Source: an uncultured Gammaproteobacteria bacterium (GTDB taxonomy: Bacteria > Patescibacteriota > Patescibacteriia > UBA1558 > 2-01-FULL-52-15). From it: a stretch of DNA of 64,000 bases. The notes beneath the pieces are model-generated. The model was not told the origin of the DNA and made no database searches. It was given only the letters and a program-made list of their open reading frames with translations. Shown here piece by piece: positions 24,341-34,382 of the stretch; position 1 is the first letter of the stretch; every line of letters starts with the position of its first letter. Where the stretch lies: contig CAYOCJ010000001.1 of NCBI GenBank assembly GCA_964402565.1, positions 32,079 to 96,078 on the forward strand, given 5' to 3'. The translations under genes were made by a program, and so were the position numbers.

Positions 24341-26611
24341 ATGAAAGAAATTAAAAGGTTTGAACGCGATTTTGCTGGACGCAAACTCGTGATTGAGATC
24401 GGTAAGCTTGCAAAACAGGCTCACGGATCATGCACTGTTCGCTACGGCGATACGGTCGTTTTAGCGACAGCGGTCATTGCACCGAAAGAGCGTGACGGCG
24501 TTGATTATTTCCCCCTAATGGTCGACTATGAGGAGCGTCTTTACGCTGCAGGGAAGATCAAAGGCTCCCGCTTCATCAAGCGTGAAGGCCGTGCAACTGA
24601 TGAGGCTATTCTAACCGCACGGCTGATCGACAGAAGCATCCGGCCATTGTTCAAGGACACGGTACGAAAAGATGTGCAGGTGGTCGTGACCGTGCTTTCC
24701 ATTGATCAGGAGAATACTCCTGATTTTCCGGCTTTGATCGCAACGTCAGTAGCGCTTGGCATTTCGCCGATCCCGTGGAGCGGACCGCTCGCTGCAGTAT
24801 GCATCGGCCGTACAGATGGCCAGCTCGTAGTAAATCCAAGCTATGAGAGCCGCATGGTAAGCGATCTGGACCTGTTCGTCGCAGGAACTGCAGATGAGGT
24901 TGTCATGATCGAATCAGGAGCTCATGAGATCGCTGAAGACACGATGTTCGATGCGATCACGTTTGCGAGCAAACAGATCTCTGATGTATTGACCTTCGTG
25001 CAACAGGCCATCGACTCATGCGCAATGCCGAAAACAGTACATCCTGCATTGAGCGCGGATGAACAGAAGATACAAGATCTGGTCCAGTCGAAAGTAAAAG
25101 CATTTATAGCAACGAAGGATCTGACTAAGGTCTGGACGCATGATAAAGATACTACCAAGAGCAATACATTCGCCCTGAAAGATGAATTAGACGCTCTCCT
25201 TAAAGCAGACAATGAAGTTTCGAAAGATGCCAGAGCCAAAGGCGTTGCTCTTCTTGAGCTTGCGCTCGAAGACGCTGCCCGCGATCTGGTACTGAATACC
25301 AATAAGCGCGTTGACGGGCGGGCATTGGATGAGATTCGCGGCCTTTCGGCCGAAGTTGGGGTATTGCCGCGCACGCATGGCACTGGTCTATTCCAGCGGG
25401 GCGAAACACAGGTACTCTCGATCGTTACATTAGGCTCTCCTGGCATGGAGCAGACGCTTGATACGATGGAAGAGTCCGGCACGAAGCGCTACATGCACCA
25501 TTATAATTTCCCTCCTTTTTCGGTCGGTGAAGTAAAGCCTATGCGCGGACCATCGCGGCGAGATATCGGCCACGGTGCATTGGCAGAGAAAGCATTAGTA
25601 CCGCTGATTCCGAATAAAGAAAAATTCCCTTACACCATTCGCGTTGTTTCTGAGGTATTAGGTTCGAATGGTTCTTCATCTCAGGCTTCGGTGTGCGGAT
25701 CATCACTCGCGCTCATGGATGCAGGCGTGCCGATCAAGTCGGCATGTGCCGGGATAGCGATGGGATTGATAACGAATCCAAATGACAAAAAAGATTATCG
25801 TTTATTGACCGATATTCAGGGCATCGAAGATCATGCTGGCGATATGGATTTCAAGGTTGCCGGTACGTCACAGGGGATTACGGCGATTCAATTAGACATT
25901 AAACTCGGCGGCATTTCGCTGGAGATCTGCCAAAAAGCAATACAGCAAGCGCGCGTTGCCCGCATGCAAATTTTCAAAGTAATGGAACAGGCCATTGCAG
26001 CGCCTCGGGCAGAGCTGTCTGAGTATGCGCCGCGCATCCTTTCACTTTCCATTCCTGTCGATAAGATCCGCGAAGTTATCGGTTCGGGCGGCAAAGTAAT
26101 CAATGAGATTATTGATACCTGCGGCGTTGAGGCTATCGATATTGACGATGAAGGCTTCGTCGTCATCACCTCGCACAGCGCTGAAGGCGCCGAGAAGGCC
26201 CGCGATTGGGTCATGTCGATCGTGAAAGAAATCGAAGTGGGCGAAGTCTATGAGGGACCGGTGACCCAGATCATTGCAGACAGAAATTCTGGCGAAGAGA
26301 TCGGTGCTATCGTCGAGCTCGCGAAGGGCAAGGACGGCATGGTGCACATCTCTCAATTCCGACATGAGCGCGTCGCCCGAGTTTCAGATGTCGTGAAAAT
26401 AGGCGATATGCTGAAGGTCAAAGTGATGGAGGTTGATCCGGTTCGCGGACGCATTAGCCTGTCCGCAAAGGCATTACTGACGCCGCCGCCTTTCGATCCG
26501 AATGCTCCGCAGTATGAGGATTCGAGGCGTACGAATGGGTATCGCAATGCTCCGCGGCATCACGGCGCTACAAATAATCACGGCGGACCTCGCCGGGATT
26601 TTCGCAGATAG
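24341..26611 (+). CDS. pnp: polynucleotide phosphorylase (PNPase) with an RG-rich C-terminal tail
   Basis: Two RNase PH domains, KH (IPVDKIREVIGSGGKVINEI) and S1 domains. Classical rpsO-pnp linkage. Confidence 0.9.
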   Translation: MKEIKRFERDFAGRKLVIEIGKLAKQAHGSCTVRYGDTVVLATAVIAPKERDGVDYFPLMVDYEERLYAAGKIKGSRFIKREGRATDEAILTARLIDRSIRPLFKDTVRKDVQVVVTVLSIDQENTPDFPALIATSVALGISPIPWSGPLAAVCIGRTDGQLVVNPSYESRMVSDLDLFVAGTADEVVMIESGAHEIAEDTMFDAITFASKQISDVLTFVQQAIDSCAMPKTVHPALSADEQKIQDLVQSKVKAFIATKDLTKVWTHDKDTTKSNTFALKDELDALLKADNEVSKDARAKGVALLELALEDAARDLVLNTNKRVDGRALDEIRGLSAEVGVLPRTHGTGLFQRGETQVLSIVTLGSPGMEQTLDTMEESGTKRYMHHYNFPPFSVGEVKPMRGPSRRDIGHGALAEKALVPLIPNKEKFPYTIRVVSEVLGSNGSSSQASVCGSSLALMDAGVPIKSACAGIAMGLITNPNDKKDYRLLTDIQGIEDHAGDMDFKVAGTSQGITAIQLDIKLGGISLEICQKAIQQARVARMQIFKVMEQAIAAPRAELSEYAPRILSLSIPVDKIREVIGSGGKVINEIIDTCGVEAIDIDDEGFVVITSHSAEGAEKARDWVMSIVKEIEVGEVYEGPVTQIIADRNSGEEIGAIVELAKGKDGMVHISQFRHERVARVSDVVKIGDMLKVKVMEVDPVRGRISLSAKALLTPPPFDPNAPQYEDSRRTNGYRNAPRHHGATNNHGGPRRDFRR

Positions 26612-26636
26612 CATCTTACATACATAACTACATATC

Positions 26637-28088
26637 ATGGATCAAGCGAAGCTGAAGATCGCTTTGCGCTATGGATTGATAGGCCTGATCATTTTGGCCG
26701 CGGTTATAGGAACCGCTCTGAACGTAGCGCCGCATAAGAAACTTGCTTTGCCGGAACTTGCGCAGTATTTGCCGGCGTCTACGGTATTTGCGCTGCGGGC
26801 GGATCGGGAATCGGTTATGGGCATTTCTCATCATTCGATCTCAGATGCCGACTCATTGCGCGGCTGGCAGAATTCGTCCAGGGCTTATTGGCAGACCGTA
26901 GAACGTATTACGGGATTGCCCATGAGCACCATCATGATCGTCGTCACAGAAGATAAGGGCGTACTATGGCAAAGCGTTTTTTTCACGACAGAATCAGCCA
27001 TTAAGGATGAAGATGTCACTCGGCTTGCAGCTACGCCATTTGACGAGGCTGCCTGGTATCCGTTATCAACCGATACGCTGCATTTCCAGCGCATTGATGC
27101 GCATATCGGCGCTATCCTTTCGACGCATGACACCTTGGACTATACATCGCCATCAGCTGAAGCCGCACAATTATTGACATCTGATCCGATCGCATTATAT
27201 GTGAAGCATGATATCGGCCAGCAGATTGCGGACATGGTGGCTGCTGATACTTTGCTGCCCGGCATCAATCAACTTATTCATGAAGAAGACTCGTTGCAAT
27301 TTGGGTTATCAGTCAATGATCCAATGGTCCAGATCCATTGGTCGAATAAAAACCCGGGTTCAGCGCAGGCTATGCCATTGCGCGTACCGGAACAGGTAAC
27401 TGCAGCATTCAGCGGCGATCTGCAGCGTATCATCGACCCGACAACTCCTGAGACGCACCCATTTTCTGCGGCGGTCCAGGCTTTCGTGAACCAGCAGGCA
27501 AATGCAAATTCATTCGATCCGAAAATTTTTGAAAAAAAACTTTTCGCGGTAAAAGGAATGATCATTTTGGGCGATAACTGGCTTTTGACCGGAGATGATG
27601 GACTGCAAGTAGCTGAGCTTGTTTCGTATTTCATCGGAGCTCAGGCACCGAAGCGCGCAATTACGGCATTGCCAGACGGTACGCCGTATCGTGAGATCGT
27701 ACGCGGACTCCCCGTCCCTCAAATAGAAGAGCGCGAAGCATACAAGGCTTCAGTTTGGTCAGAAACAACCACGACGAGCACGAGCACGCCTGCTGTATCT
27801 GAACCCAGGAAACTGTATACATCAGAAAATAACGGGACGTGGTATATCAGCAATAGCCCTGAACTTCTGGACATGCAATTTTCAGACAAGCAGGGCTTGT
27901 TATTTGCTGATACCAAGACGATCACTGCTTGTATGAGTAAAAACGATGGAGATACGCTCCAGGATGAAGAGTTGTGGACGGTTTCGCTGCCGCCTGACCA
28001 AGGCTCGGATGCAAAGGGGATAACTATTAGCTCAATTTCACGAAAATCCGAGCAAAATCGTGAATTTCACGACCTGTGCATAGAATAA
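26637..28088 (+). CDS. hypothetical membrane-anchored protein (483 aa)
   Basis: Single N-terminal TM (LIGLIILAAVIGTALNV). No family recognised. Confidence 0.45.
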   Translation: MDQAKLKIALRYGLIGLIILAAVIGTALNVAPHKKLALPELAQYLPASTVFALRADRESVMGISHHSISDADSLRGWQNSSRAYWQTVERITGLPMSTIMIVVTEDKGVLWQSVFFTTESAIKDEDVTRLAATPFDEAAWYPLSTDTLHFQRIDAHIGAILSTHDTLDYTSPSAEAAQLLTSDPIALYVKHDIGQQIADMVAADTLLPGINQLIHEEDSLQFGLSVNDPMVQIHWSNKNPGSAQAMPLRVPEQVTAAFSGDLQRIIDPTTPETHPFSAAVQAFVNQQANANSFDPKIFEKKLFAVKGMIILGDNWLLTGDDGLQVAELVSYFIGAQAPKRAITALPDGTPYREIVRGLPVPQIEEREAYKASVWSETTTTSTSTPAVSEPRKLYTSENNGTWYISNSPELLDMQFSDKQGLLFADTKTITACMSKNDGDTLQDEELWTVSLPPDQGSDAKGITISSISRKSEQNREFHDLCIE

Positions 28089-28199
28089 ATTGGCTAATGT
28101 GGACAACTTGTGTGTAGCCTGAATATCTGGTGTTTCTAATTTTGGAACAGCTGTCAAGATCATTTTAGTTTTTTAGCTAATATTAGCTATATAAATGTA

Positions 28200-28228
28200 T
28201 TGACCAAGGGCGTTTTTTGTGATATACT
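28200..28228 (+). promoter_or_regulatory. near-consensus sigma70 promoter (TTGACC-N17-TATACT) not followed by any ORF
   Basis: ttgacc aagggcgttttttgtga tatact. Confidence 0.45.
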
Positions 28229-28235
28229 AGATGCA

Positions 28236-28657
28236 TAAGGATTAAAAAACCTTAGCTGATCTTAGAAAAGTTACCCTAAAGACACTTTTTGGAGTAATTT
28301 TTTTCTTTTTCACTGCCCGAATTGGGATAACCTAGCTATCCCACACAGGTAAAATAAAAATAAAATCATCAAATGGTTTATCCTCGCCTTAAAACGGAGA
28401 TACACCGATAAGAGTGGTGGAAAAGATGTAGCAAAGCTATCAGAGTTAGGAAAGGTAGCGCAATAAGTGTCGTTGTAAAATAAAATGTTATCAGCTGAAG
28501 TGCACCTGTTGAGGAGATGTGGCTACAGAAAGGTTTCTGTGACTACACCTCCTCGGCACACATTTCGGCGTAACTAGTTTACGACGACATGGGGGCCGAA
28601 GCATCCTGAAAATACATTACGTTTGAGGATCAGCATCGGCCTCTAATTTTTTTTGCT
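28236..28657 (+). ncRNA. candidate non-coding transcript (about 420 nt) bounded by the promoter and a hairpin plus U8 terminator; identity unknown
   Basis: No ORF of 60 aa or more on either strand across 28089-28786. Internal hairpins present (gggataacctagctatccc). Ends in ggccgaagcatcctgaaaatacattacgtttgaggatcagcatcggcc then ctctaatttttttt. Confidence 0.3.
28594..28657 (+). terminator. intrinsic terminator (long imperfect hairpin then TTTTTTTT)
   Basis: ggccga...tcggcc outer stem with atcctga/tgaggat inner stem, then a U8 tract. Confidence 0.45.
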
Positions 28658-28786
28658 AAAATTACGAAAAATCTTTGATGAATATATAGCTCGCGACCAA
28701 TCTCCAAAAGCCCGCATATGGGCTAGACGTAGCCTGTTTTCTGTAGTAGTATGTTTGTTAGTTATAAAACGATAATACGCATAGAT

Positions 28787-29155
28787 ATGAAGGTAGACAC
28801 AGCATTTCTCGAAGCACAAAAAAAGCTGCTTGAGGACCGCAAGGCTCAATTAATGAAAGAGTTGAAGATCGACGGCGTCAAAAATATTCATGCTGATAAT
28901 GAATATGACGCGACCTTTCCCGACTACGGTGAAAAGGAAGATGAGAATGCGGCTGAAGTCGCTGCTTTTGAAGAAAATCTGAGCATGGAAAAGAATCTGG
29001 AAGTATCTCTGTTCAATGTAAATAAAGCGTTAAAAAAAATTGCAGACGGAACCTACGGCATTTGCGAGAAGTGCGGGAAGATGATAGACCCTGCTCGCTT
29101 GAAAGCGTTTCCTTCTGCGACCGCTGACATGGATTGCAAGAAAAAGATCGGGTAG
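28787..29155 (+). CDS. DksA/TraR-family C4-type zinc-finger protein
   Basis: C-terminal GTYGICEKCGKMIDPARLKAFPSATADMDCKKK (CxxC-x17-C-x2-C pattern). Coiled-coil N-terminus. Confidence 0.6.
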   Translation: MKVDTAFLEAQKKLLEDRKAQLMKELKIDGVKNIHADNEYDATFPDYGEKEDENAAEVAAFEENLSMEKNLEVSLFNVNKALKKIADGTYGICEKCGKMIDPARLKAFPSATADMDCKKKIG

Positions 29156-29599
29156 ATGCGGAAGCAGATCATATTGCTGACAGGACTTTTCTTATTAGAT
29201 CGATTTATAAAAAACCGAATTTGGTTTTCCCCGCCTACGCCTACGGGCCAAGCGGGTTTTTTTCATGCAGTATTAAATAACAATATTGCCTTTTCTTTTC
29301 ACATTCCCGGGATCTCTGATGTTATATTAAGGCTCTCTTTGTGCATTATTGTTCTTTGTTTTATTTTTATCGTTGGACGGCTCATGATGAAGCATGATCC
29401 GAGCGCAATATGGTGGGGGTTCATAACCATAGGTGCGGTGAGTAATGTGCTTGATCGGCTGACCTTGGGCGGCGTATTGGATTATATCGATCTCAGCTAT
29501 TTCCCTATCTTTAATCTGAGCGATGTCTATATCACTATCGGCGTGATGCTACTTTTGTACAAAGAATTGCTTCAAAAAAAGAAATTCGCGACGCGTTAA
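29156..29599 (+). CDS. lspA: lipoprotein signal peptidase (signal peptidase II)
   Basis: 4 TM segments. NNIAFSF and VLDYIDLSYFPIFNLSDVYITIG match LspA conserved boxes (N-x-G-x-AF; FN-x-AD). Confidence 0.7.
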   Translation: MRKQIILLTGLFLLDRFIKNRIWFSPPTPTGQAGFFHAVLNNNIAFSFHIPGISDVILRLSLCIIVLCFIFIVGRLMMKHDPSAIWWGFITIGAVSNVLDRLTLGGVLDYIDLSYFPIFNLSDVYITIGVMLLLYKELLQKKKFATR

Positions 29600-29779
29600 A
29601 AACCAAAAACTCACCCAGGACACTAATCAATTGGGCGAGTTTCTGGCACAAAGAGCTGATCAATGAACAATGCAATTGTTTCATTTGATCTGAATTAGTA
29701 GACGCGGCACTAGCTGAGTTCTTACTCATATTCAGCCAATACGCATTTTATAGCTAACCTATGCTATACTTATGAAGCT

Positions 29780-30295
29780 ATGATCCGAGCATTTACTTCG
29801 CAATTCCAGGCTCCGTTCTGGTCTCGCATTCCTATTTTTGGCGTGCGCGTATACCCGAAAAAACCTCTGCAGAGAAAGGTATTTTGGATAAGTGCAGTTG
29901 CATATTCGATTGCCTACTTTTATGTGCTTGCAGTAGGCGTCGTGGTTTTTGTGCATTCGTTATGGGTGTGGCCGGGTTTGCAAAATGTTTTCACCACGAC
30001 GTTGTACGATATTTGTTATCGAAATTGGTGGCTGATGCTGGCCTTCGTTCTGCTCGAAGTGGGACTCATCTATGTGGCCGCAAAGAATACCAGATCAAAA
30101 ACGTTCAAAAAAAGACGCGAAACCATCGATTGGCATCGGCTATTGACTCAGCCAGTACTATTCGTAGCAGTGCTGTATCTGACGTTGAAATTGCTTTCCG
30201 GCGATTATACTGCCGAGCCGAACCTGACCCCTGTCCTGCTCTGCAGCTATGTAGTTTCCGTTGGGGGCTTGTATATAGTTGACAAGTATTCATGA
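29780..30295 (+). CDS. hypothetical integral membrane protein (4-5 TM)
   Basis: Hydrophobic 171-aa ORF. Confidence 0.4.
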   Translation: MIRAFTSQFQAPFWSRIPIFGVRVYPKKPLQRKVFWISAVAYSIAYFYVLAVGVVVFVHSLWVWPGLQNVFTTTLYDICYRNWWLMLAFVLLEVGLIYVAAKNTRSKTFKKRRETIDWHRLLTQPVLFVAVLYLTLKLLSGDYTAEPNLTPVLLCSYVVSVGGLYIVDKYS

Positions 30296-30405
30296 GCGCC
30301 GTAGTATTCATGTAGAAAAGCGATTCCCCCTCCTTGAAAAAGAGGGCAGACAACATTTGGTTTTTTTGTACATCGCTTTTCGTGATGTATTTTTTATTTA
30401 CTATT

Positions 30406-31917
30406 ATGGCATCAAAGGTTTTTTCTATCGCATTGCATGGATTGCGCTGTCAAAGCGTCGAAGTAGAGGCAGATGTCTCGCGTCACATGCCTGCATTTAT
30501 CCTGGTTGGCTTGCCAGATGCAGCGATACAGGAAGCTAAAGAACGCGTGCGCTCAGCACTTGAAAACAGCAATCTGCCGTTTCCGCGTACCAAGGTAACG
30601 GTCAATTTGGCGCCTGCGCATGTGAGAAAAGAAGGAACGCTCTATGACCTAGCGATCGCGGTGAGCATTTTGCTTGCGCAGGACTCTATCGATATGTCTG
30701 ATCAAGATCGTAATGCAGTTTTTCTGGGCGAGCTTTCGCTTGGCGGTAATGTACGTCCTGTGAAAGGCGTATTGGTAGCTGTATCGTTTCTGAGAGAGCA
30801 AGGCGTGAAGCGCGTCTATGTGCCGAGCGCCAATGCAAAAGAAGCATCGTATATTTCTGGTATTGAGATCATTCCGGTTACCACCCTGCGGCAATTGCTG
30901 AACCATTTGAACGGCTTTGAACCCATACAGCCGACAAAGCATATGTCAGTGCCGGCAGGAAAAATGAAATTTGGCACGTATGATTTTGCAGATATCAGCG
31001 GGCAATCAATTGCGAAGCGGGCTCTGGAGATCGCTGCTGCAGGCGGGCATAATGTGCTGTTGAACGGTATACCTGGCAGCGGGAAAACCATGCTGGCACG
31101 GAGCTTCATGTCGATCTTGCCGCCGCTCGTTGAAGATGAAATGCTTGAAGTTTCGAAAATATATAGCTATGCAGGCCTGCTTGCCAGCGGAGATTCGCTG
31201 ATCTATGAACGGCCGTTTCGTTCGCCGCACCATTCAGCATCGGTTGCCTCGATCGTCGGCGGCGGCACCTGGCCAAAGCCCGGCGAGATTACGCTTGCGC
31301 ATAGGGGAGTATTATTCATGGACGAGTTCCCTGAGTTTCCGCGCAATGTGCTTGAATCGCTCCGTCAGCCGCTGGAAGACAAGATCATTTCTGTCAGCAG
31401 GGTTTCAGGCAGTTTGCAGTTCCCTGCGCATTTTATTTTGATAGCAGCTCAAAATCCGTGTCCGTGCGGCGCATGGGGAGATGCAGAGAAAGAATGCGTG
31501 TGCAGTGATTTCCAAAGGAAAAATTATCAAAGAAAAATCTCAGGCCCTTTGCTGGACCGCATCGACCTGTACGTTCGCGTCTATCCGGCTGATCGCCAGA
31601 AATTGCTCATCGAGAATAAAGCTGAAAGCTCGGCCAGTATTTTGAGCCGAGTCGTCAAAGCAAGAAAGCGGCAACATACACGCTTCACATCGCCAATACT
31701 CCTGAACGGACATATGGATCATACATTGCTAAAAAAAGTTTGCATCCTCGATGCTGCTACCGAGAAAGTGCTCCTGCAGGCGTCAAAGAAATTGCAATTA
31801 TCTGCCAGGTCATTTTATAAAACGATCAAGATCGCGCGCACGATAGCTGACCTTGCTGAGCGAAAGGCTATTGATGAGGCAGATGTGCTCGAAGCGTTGC
31901 GGTATCGGCCGACCTAA
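30406..31917 (+). CDS. YifB/ComM-family Mg-chelatase-like AAA+ ATPase
   Basis: N-terminal Lon-like domain (VFSIALHGLRCQSVEVEADVS...), Walker A GIPGSGKT, C-terminal ChlI-like region. Confidence 0.8.
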   Translation: MASKVFSIALHGLRCQSVEVEADVSRHMPAFILVGLPDAAIQEAKERVRSALENSNLPFPRTKVTVNLAPAHVRKEGTLYDLAIAVSILLAQDSIDMSDQDRNAVFLGELSLGGNVRPVKGVLVAVSFLREQGVKRVYVPSANAKEASYISGIEIIPVTTLRQLLNHLNGFEPIQPTKHMSVPAGKMKFGTYDFADISGQSIAKRALEIAAAGGHNVLLNGIPGSGKTMLARSFMSILPPLVEDEMLEVSKIYSYAGLLASGDSLIYERPFRSPHHSASVASIVGGGTWPKPGEITLAHRGVLFMDEFPEFPRNVLESLRQPLEDKIISVSRVSGSLQFPAHFILIAAQNPCPCGAWGDAEKECVCSDFQRKNYQRKISGPLLDRIDLYVRVYPADRQKLLIENKAESSASILSRVVKARKRQHTRFTSPILLNGHMDHTLLKKVCILDAATEKVLLQASKKLQLSARSFYKTIKIARTIADLAERKAIDEADVLEALRYRPT

Positions 31918-31990
31918 CATCTTGTTTTTTGTAATGCGCTGTGATAGGTTGGTGCTTTGATGGTTCATTATTGCAATTAACTTTCAGGAA

Positions 31991-32473
31991 TTGGAGGTGA
32001 TGATGAGCGCAGTGCGGTTCGTTTGTGTCTGCATGCTGGCAGCGTGCCTTGCCTTGAGCAGCGTCGCTGCAAAGAAAGAGAAACAAGATCCTGAGACCTC
32101 CGAACCTCAGATCAACCCGCACCATTTGCCCGCCCCTGACGGGTCTACGATCTCCATCCCGAAGCGCATCGTTTTTCCAGATCCGCCGTATCCGGATAGC
32201 GACCAAGCGCGCCGTATGGGAGCCTATGTTACTTTGGGCATCGATATCGATGCGGATGGACGCGTCGCCGAAGCCATCGTGCTTCATTGCACGGTCCAGA
32301 ACCTAGGCTTCGAAGAAGCTGCGCGTTCCGGCGTACTCAGCTGGCAATTCGAACCGGCGGTGAAGTTGAAAAATGGCCTGCCCATCAAGGATACGCCTGC
32401 TCAGGCGGTGTTCATGACCATCCGGATCGTTTTTCCCCCGAAACAACTCATACTGCCTGCGCAGAGACAGTAA
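31991..32473 (+). CDS. secreted protein with a TonB C-terminal-like domain
   Basis: Signal peptide, Pro-rich segment, then PPYPDSDQARRMGAYVTLGIDIDADGRV...SGVLSWQFEP resembling the TonB_C fold motif (YP..A...G.V.l.f.id..G.v). Confidence 0.4.
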   Translation: MEVMMSAVRFVCVCMLAACLALSSVAAKKEKQDPETSEPQINPHHLPAPDGSTISIPKRIVFPDPPYPDSDQARRMGAYVTLGIDIDADGRVAEAIVLHCTVQNLGFEEAARSGVLSWQFEPAVKLKNGLPIKDTPAQAVFMTIRIVFPPKQLILPAQRQ

Positions 32474-32569
32474 TTCCTGCGAACATCTGCTAGCGACCCC
32501 GCCTTACGTATGGTATGGCGGGGTTTGTTTTTGTCTTATGGTATAAAAAACGGTATAGTGTGTTGTATG

Positions 32570-33325
32570 CATAAGCGAAATGTAAGAATAATAGCATTAT
32601 TGTTTGTTCTCGCGGTTACCGGCTGCACCCAGCAGAAAAAAACTGAAGTTCTGCCTACGCCTGAGCCCTATGCGGATTTTTCTAATACGAACGCACCTGC
32701 AGCATTACCGCAGCCAGCGCCTGCGCCAGTCCCAAGTCCAGCGCCAGCACCGCAGCCAAAACCATCAGCTTCCATTAACTTGGCTGTTCCGTTCAGACCG
32801 CAGGCGCCATTTGGAGATTGGAGCGAACCGTATGAGAATGCGTGTGAAGAGGCCTCGATCATCATGGTTGATTATTATTTGCGCGGAGCAAGTCTTTCGG
32901 CGCAGCAAATGAAAGATGCGATAGACGCGCAAGTAGCCTGGCAGCAGAAACATTTCGGCGGGCATGAAGATCTGCCGATCGCTAAAGTCAAAGAATTAGC
33001 AGCGTCACAGTATTCGTATAAGATTGAGATCATCAGTCCGTTGACCGTCGACGCTATTCGAATCGAATTGCAAAAAGGCTTGCCAGTGATCGTGCCAACT
33101 GCCGGCCGTGAACTGGGGAATCCATATTTTACAGCGCCGGGACCTATTTATCACATGCTCGTGATTAAGGGGTATACGGCAGATGGAAGATTTATTACTA
33201 ATGACCCTGGCACGAAACGCGGGGCGGATTATATATACTCTTCGGCTACATTGATGAATGCGATACATGATTGGACAGGGGAGGCTGCAGACGGCTCTGC
33301 TATCGGCATGGTGATGCATAAGTAG
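32570..33325 (+). CDS. lipoprotein with a C39-like (papain-fold) peptidase domain
   Basis: Lipobox LAVTGC. Pro/Ala-rich linker. ENACEEASIIMV (candidate catalytic Cys) and HMLVIKGY...NDPG (His) fit the Peptidase_C39_2 arrangement. Confidence 0.45.
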   Translation, partial: HKRNVRIIALLFVLAVTGCTQQKKTEVLPTPEPYADFSNTNAPAALPQPAPAPVPSPAPAPQPKPSASINLAVPFRPQAPFGDWSEPYENACEEASIIMVDYYLRGASLSAQQMKDAIDAQVAWQQKHFGGHEDLPIAKVKELAASQYSYKIEIISPLTVDAIRIELQKGLPVIVPTAGRELGNPYFTAPGPIYHMLVIKGYTADGRFITNDPGTKRGADYIYSSATLMNAIHDWTGEAADGSAIGMVMHK

Positions 33326-33342
33326 TGATAGTTTTGTCTAAA

Positions 33343-33386
33343 AAACGAGACGCCGCTGTGCTTTGCACAGCGGCGTTCTGATTTCT
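33343..33386. terminator. bidirectional intrinsic terminator (cgccgctgtgc ttt gcacagcggcg flanked by an A-run and a T-run)
   Basis: Between convergent genes 32570..33325 (+) and 33385..33966 (-). Confidence 0.5.
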
Positions 33387-33966
33387 AATCGGGCACCGGC
33401 ATTGCGGCTCTTTGTACGACGATATCCAGCGTCCCGAAAGACGCATTTTTGCAGAGGAATGAGCGGACGGCCTCAGTTTTGTCGCAGTTGCATTCCTTCA
33501 GCGCCTCTGCCAGATCGCCTTTCGCTACGAATTCACCAGGCAAATACCAGAGCTCGTCGAAGCGGCCAACGTCGTCGCGTCTCGACCTCAAACAGTAGAA
33601 TCCCCAGCTTTCCAGCTTTTCCACCTCTCTGGCGTAGTTCTCATCCGAGTAGTAGTAACCGCAAAGGTGTTTGATGTAAAAAGATGGGCAGGAGTGCGTG
33701 GGTTTCTCACTGAGGTCCAGGAGCTGCAGCTGCACGGAATCGGACGATGGGTTCGGCCTTCGCCAGAACGGCATCATGGTCCTGTCTTCACTCGGGGCAG
33801 GGAGCTCTGATTTTGTGTTCACCTTCTCGAGGCGGCCTTGGTCATTGACCCTGAGCCAGTACTGCCGTATTGAGAGGCCGACCAGGAGATCAACCTCTGC
33901 TCTGGTAAGCCCCTTGATCGTGACGCCTTGATCGCCGTAGGATGAGATCGAGATCGTTTCTGACAT
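33385..33966 (-). CDS. hypothetical protein (GC-rich gene, about 58% GC)
   Basis: Start at MSETISI, preceded by AAGGAGGG. Several Cys (CGYYY, CNCDK). No family recognised. Confidence 0.4.
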   Translation of the reverse strand: MSETISISSYGDQGVTIKGLTRAEVDLLVGLSIRQYWLRVNDQGRLEKVNTKSELPAPSEDRTMMPFWRRPNPSSDSVQLQLLDLSEKPTHSCPSFYIKHLCGYYYSDENYAREVEKLESWGFYCLRSRRDDVGRFDELWYLPGEFVAKGDLAEALKECNCDKTEAVRSFLCKNASFGTLDIVVQRAAMPVPD

Positions 33967-34083
33967 TGCCACCCTCCTTTGGGTAATGGGTTTACGGTAA
34001 AAGAACTGCTGCAAAAATGATATTACAGTAAGTTTTTATTTTGTAAAGTAATAAAAAAACGGGGCTTTCGCCCCGTTTCAAGT

Positions 34084-34374
34084 TTACGCTGCCATTTTTT
34101 TCTTCAGAGAATCTTTCAAATTTTTTCCTGCCTTGAATTTCGGAACCACGACCGCCGGTATCTGGATGCGCTCGTCCGGATTCTGAGGATTGACCCCCAT
34201 GCGCGCGCTTCGTTCGCGGGCTGAGAATGAACCGAATCCTGCTAAGGTGACTTCTTCACTCTTTTGCAATGACTCGATCACGGTTGCTTCGAATGATTCG
34301 ATGACCGTTTCCACATCCTTCCGTCCAATGGAAGTTTTGGAAGCAATGGTCTCGATGAGCGTTGCCTTATTCAT
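34084..34374 (-). CDS. hup: HU-family DNA-binding protein
   Basis: MNKATLIETIA...AGFGSFSARERSARMGVNPQNPDERIQIPA matches the HU/IHF signature (GFG.F......R.GRNP.TGE). Confidence 0.8.
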   Translation of the reverse strand: MNKATLIETIASKTSIGRKDVETVIESFEATVIESLQKSEEVTLAGFGSFSARERSARMGVNPQNPDERIQIPAVVVPKFKAGKNLKDSLKKKMAA

Positions 34375-34382
34375 AGACAGGA

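Noticed and set aside
28089-28786. RNase P RNA or tmRNA in the long intergenic region
   Set aside because: GGAAAGG and ACAGAAAGG strings are only about 80 nt apart and in the wrong order for P4. There is no T-arm-like GGTTCGAATCC and no Ala-Ala-stop tag frame. It is left as an unclassified candidate ncRNA.
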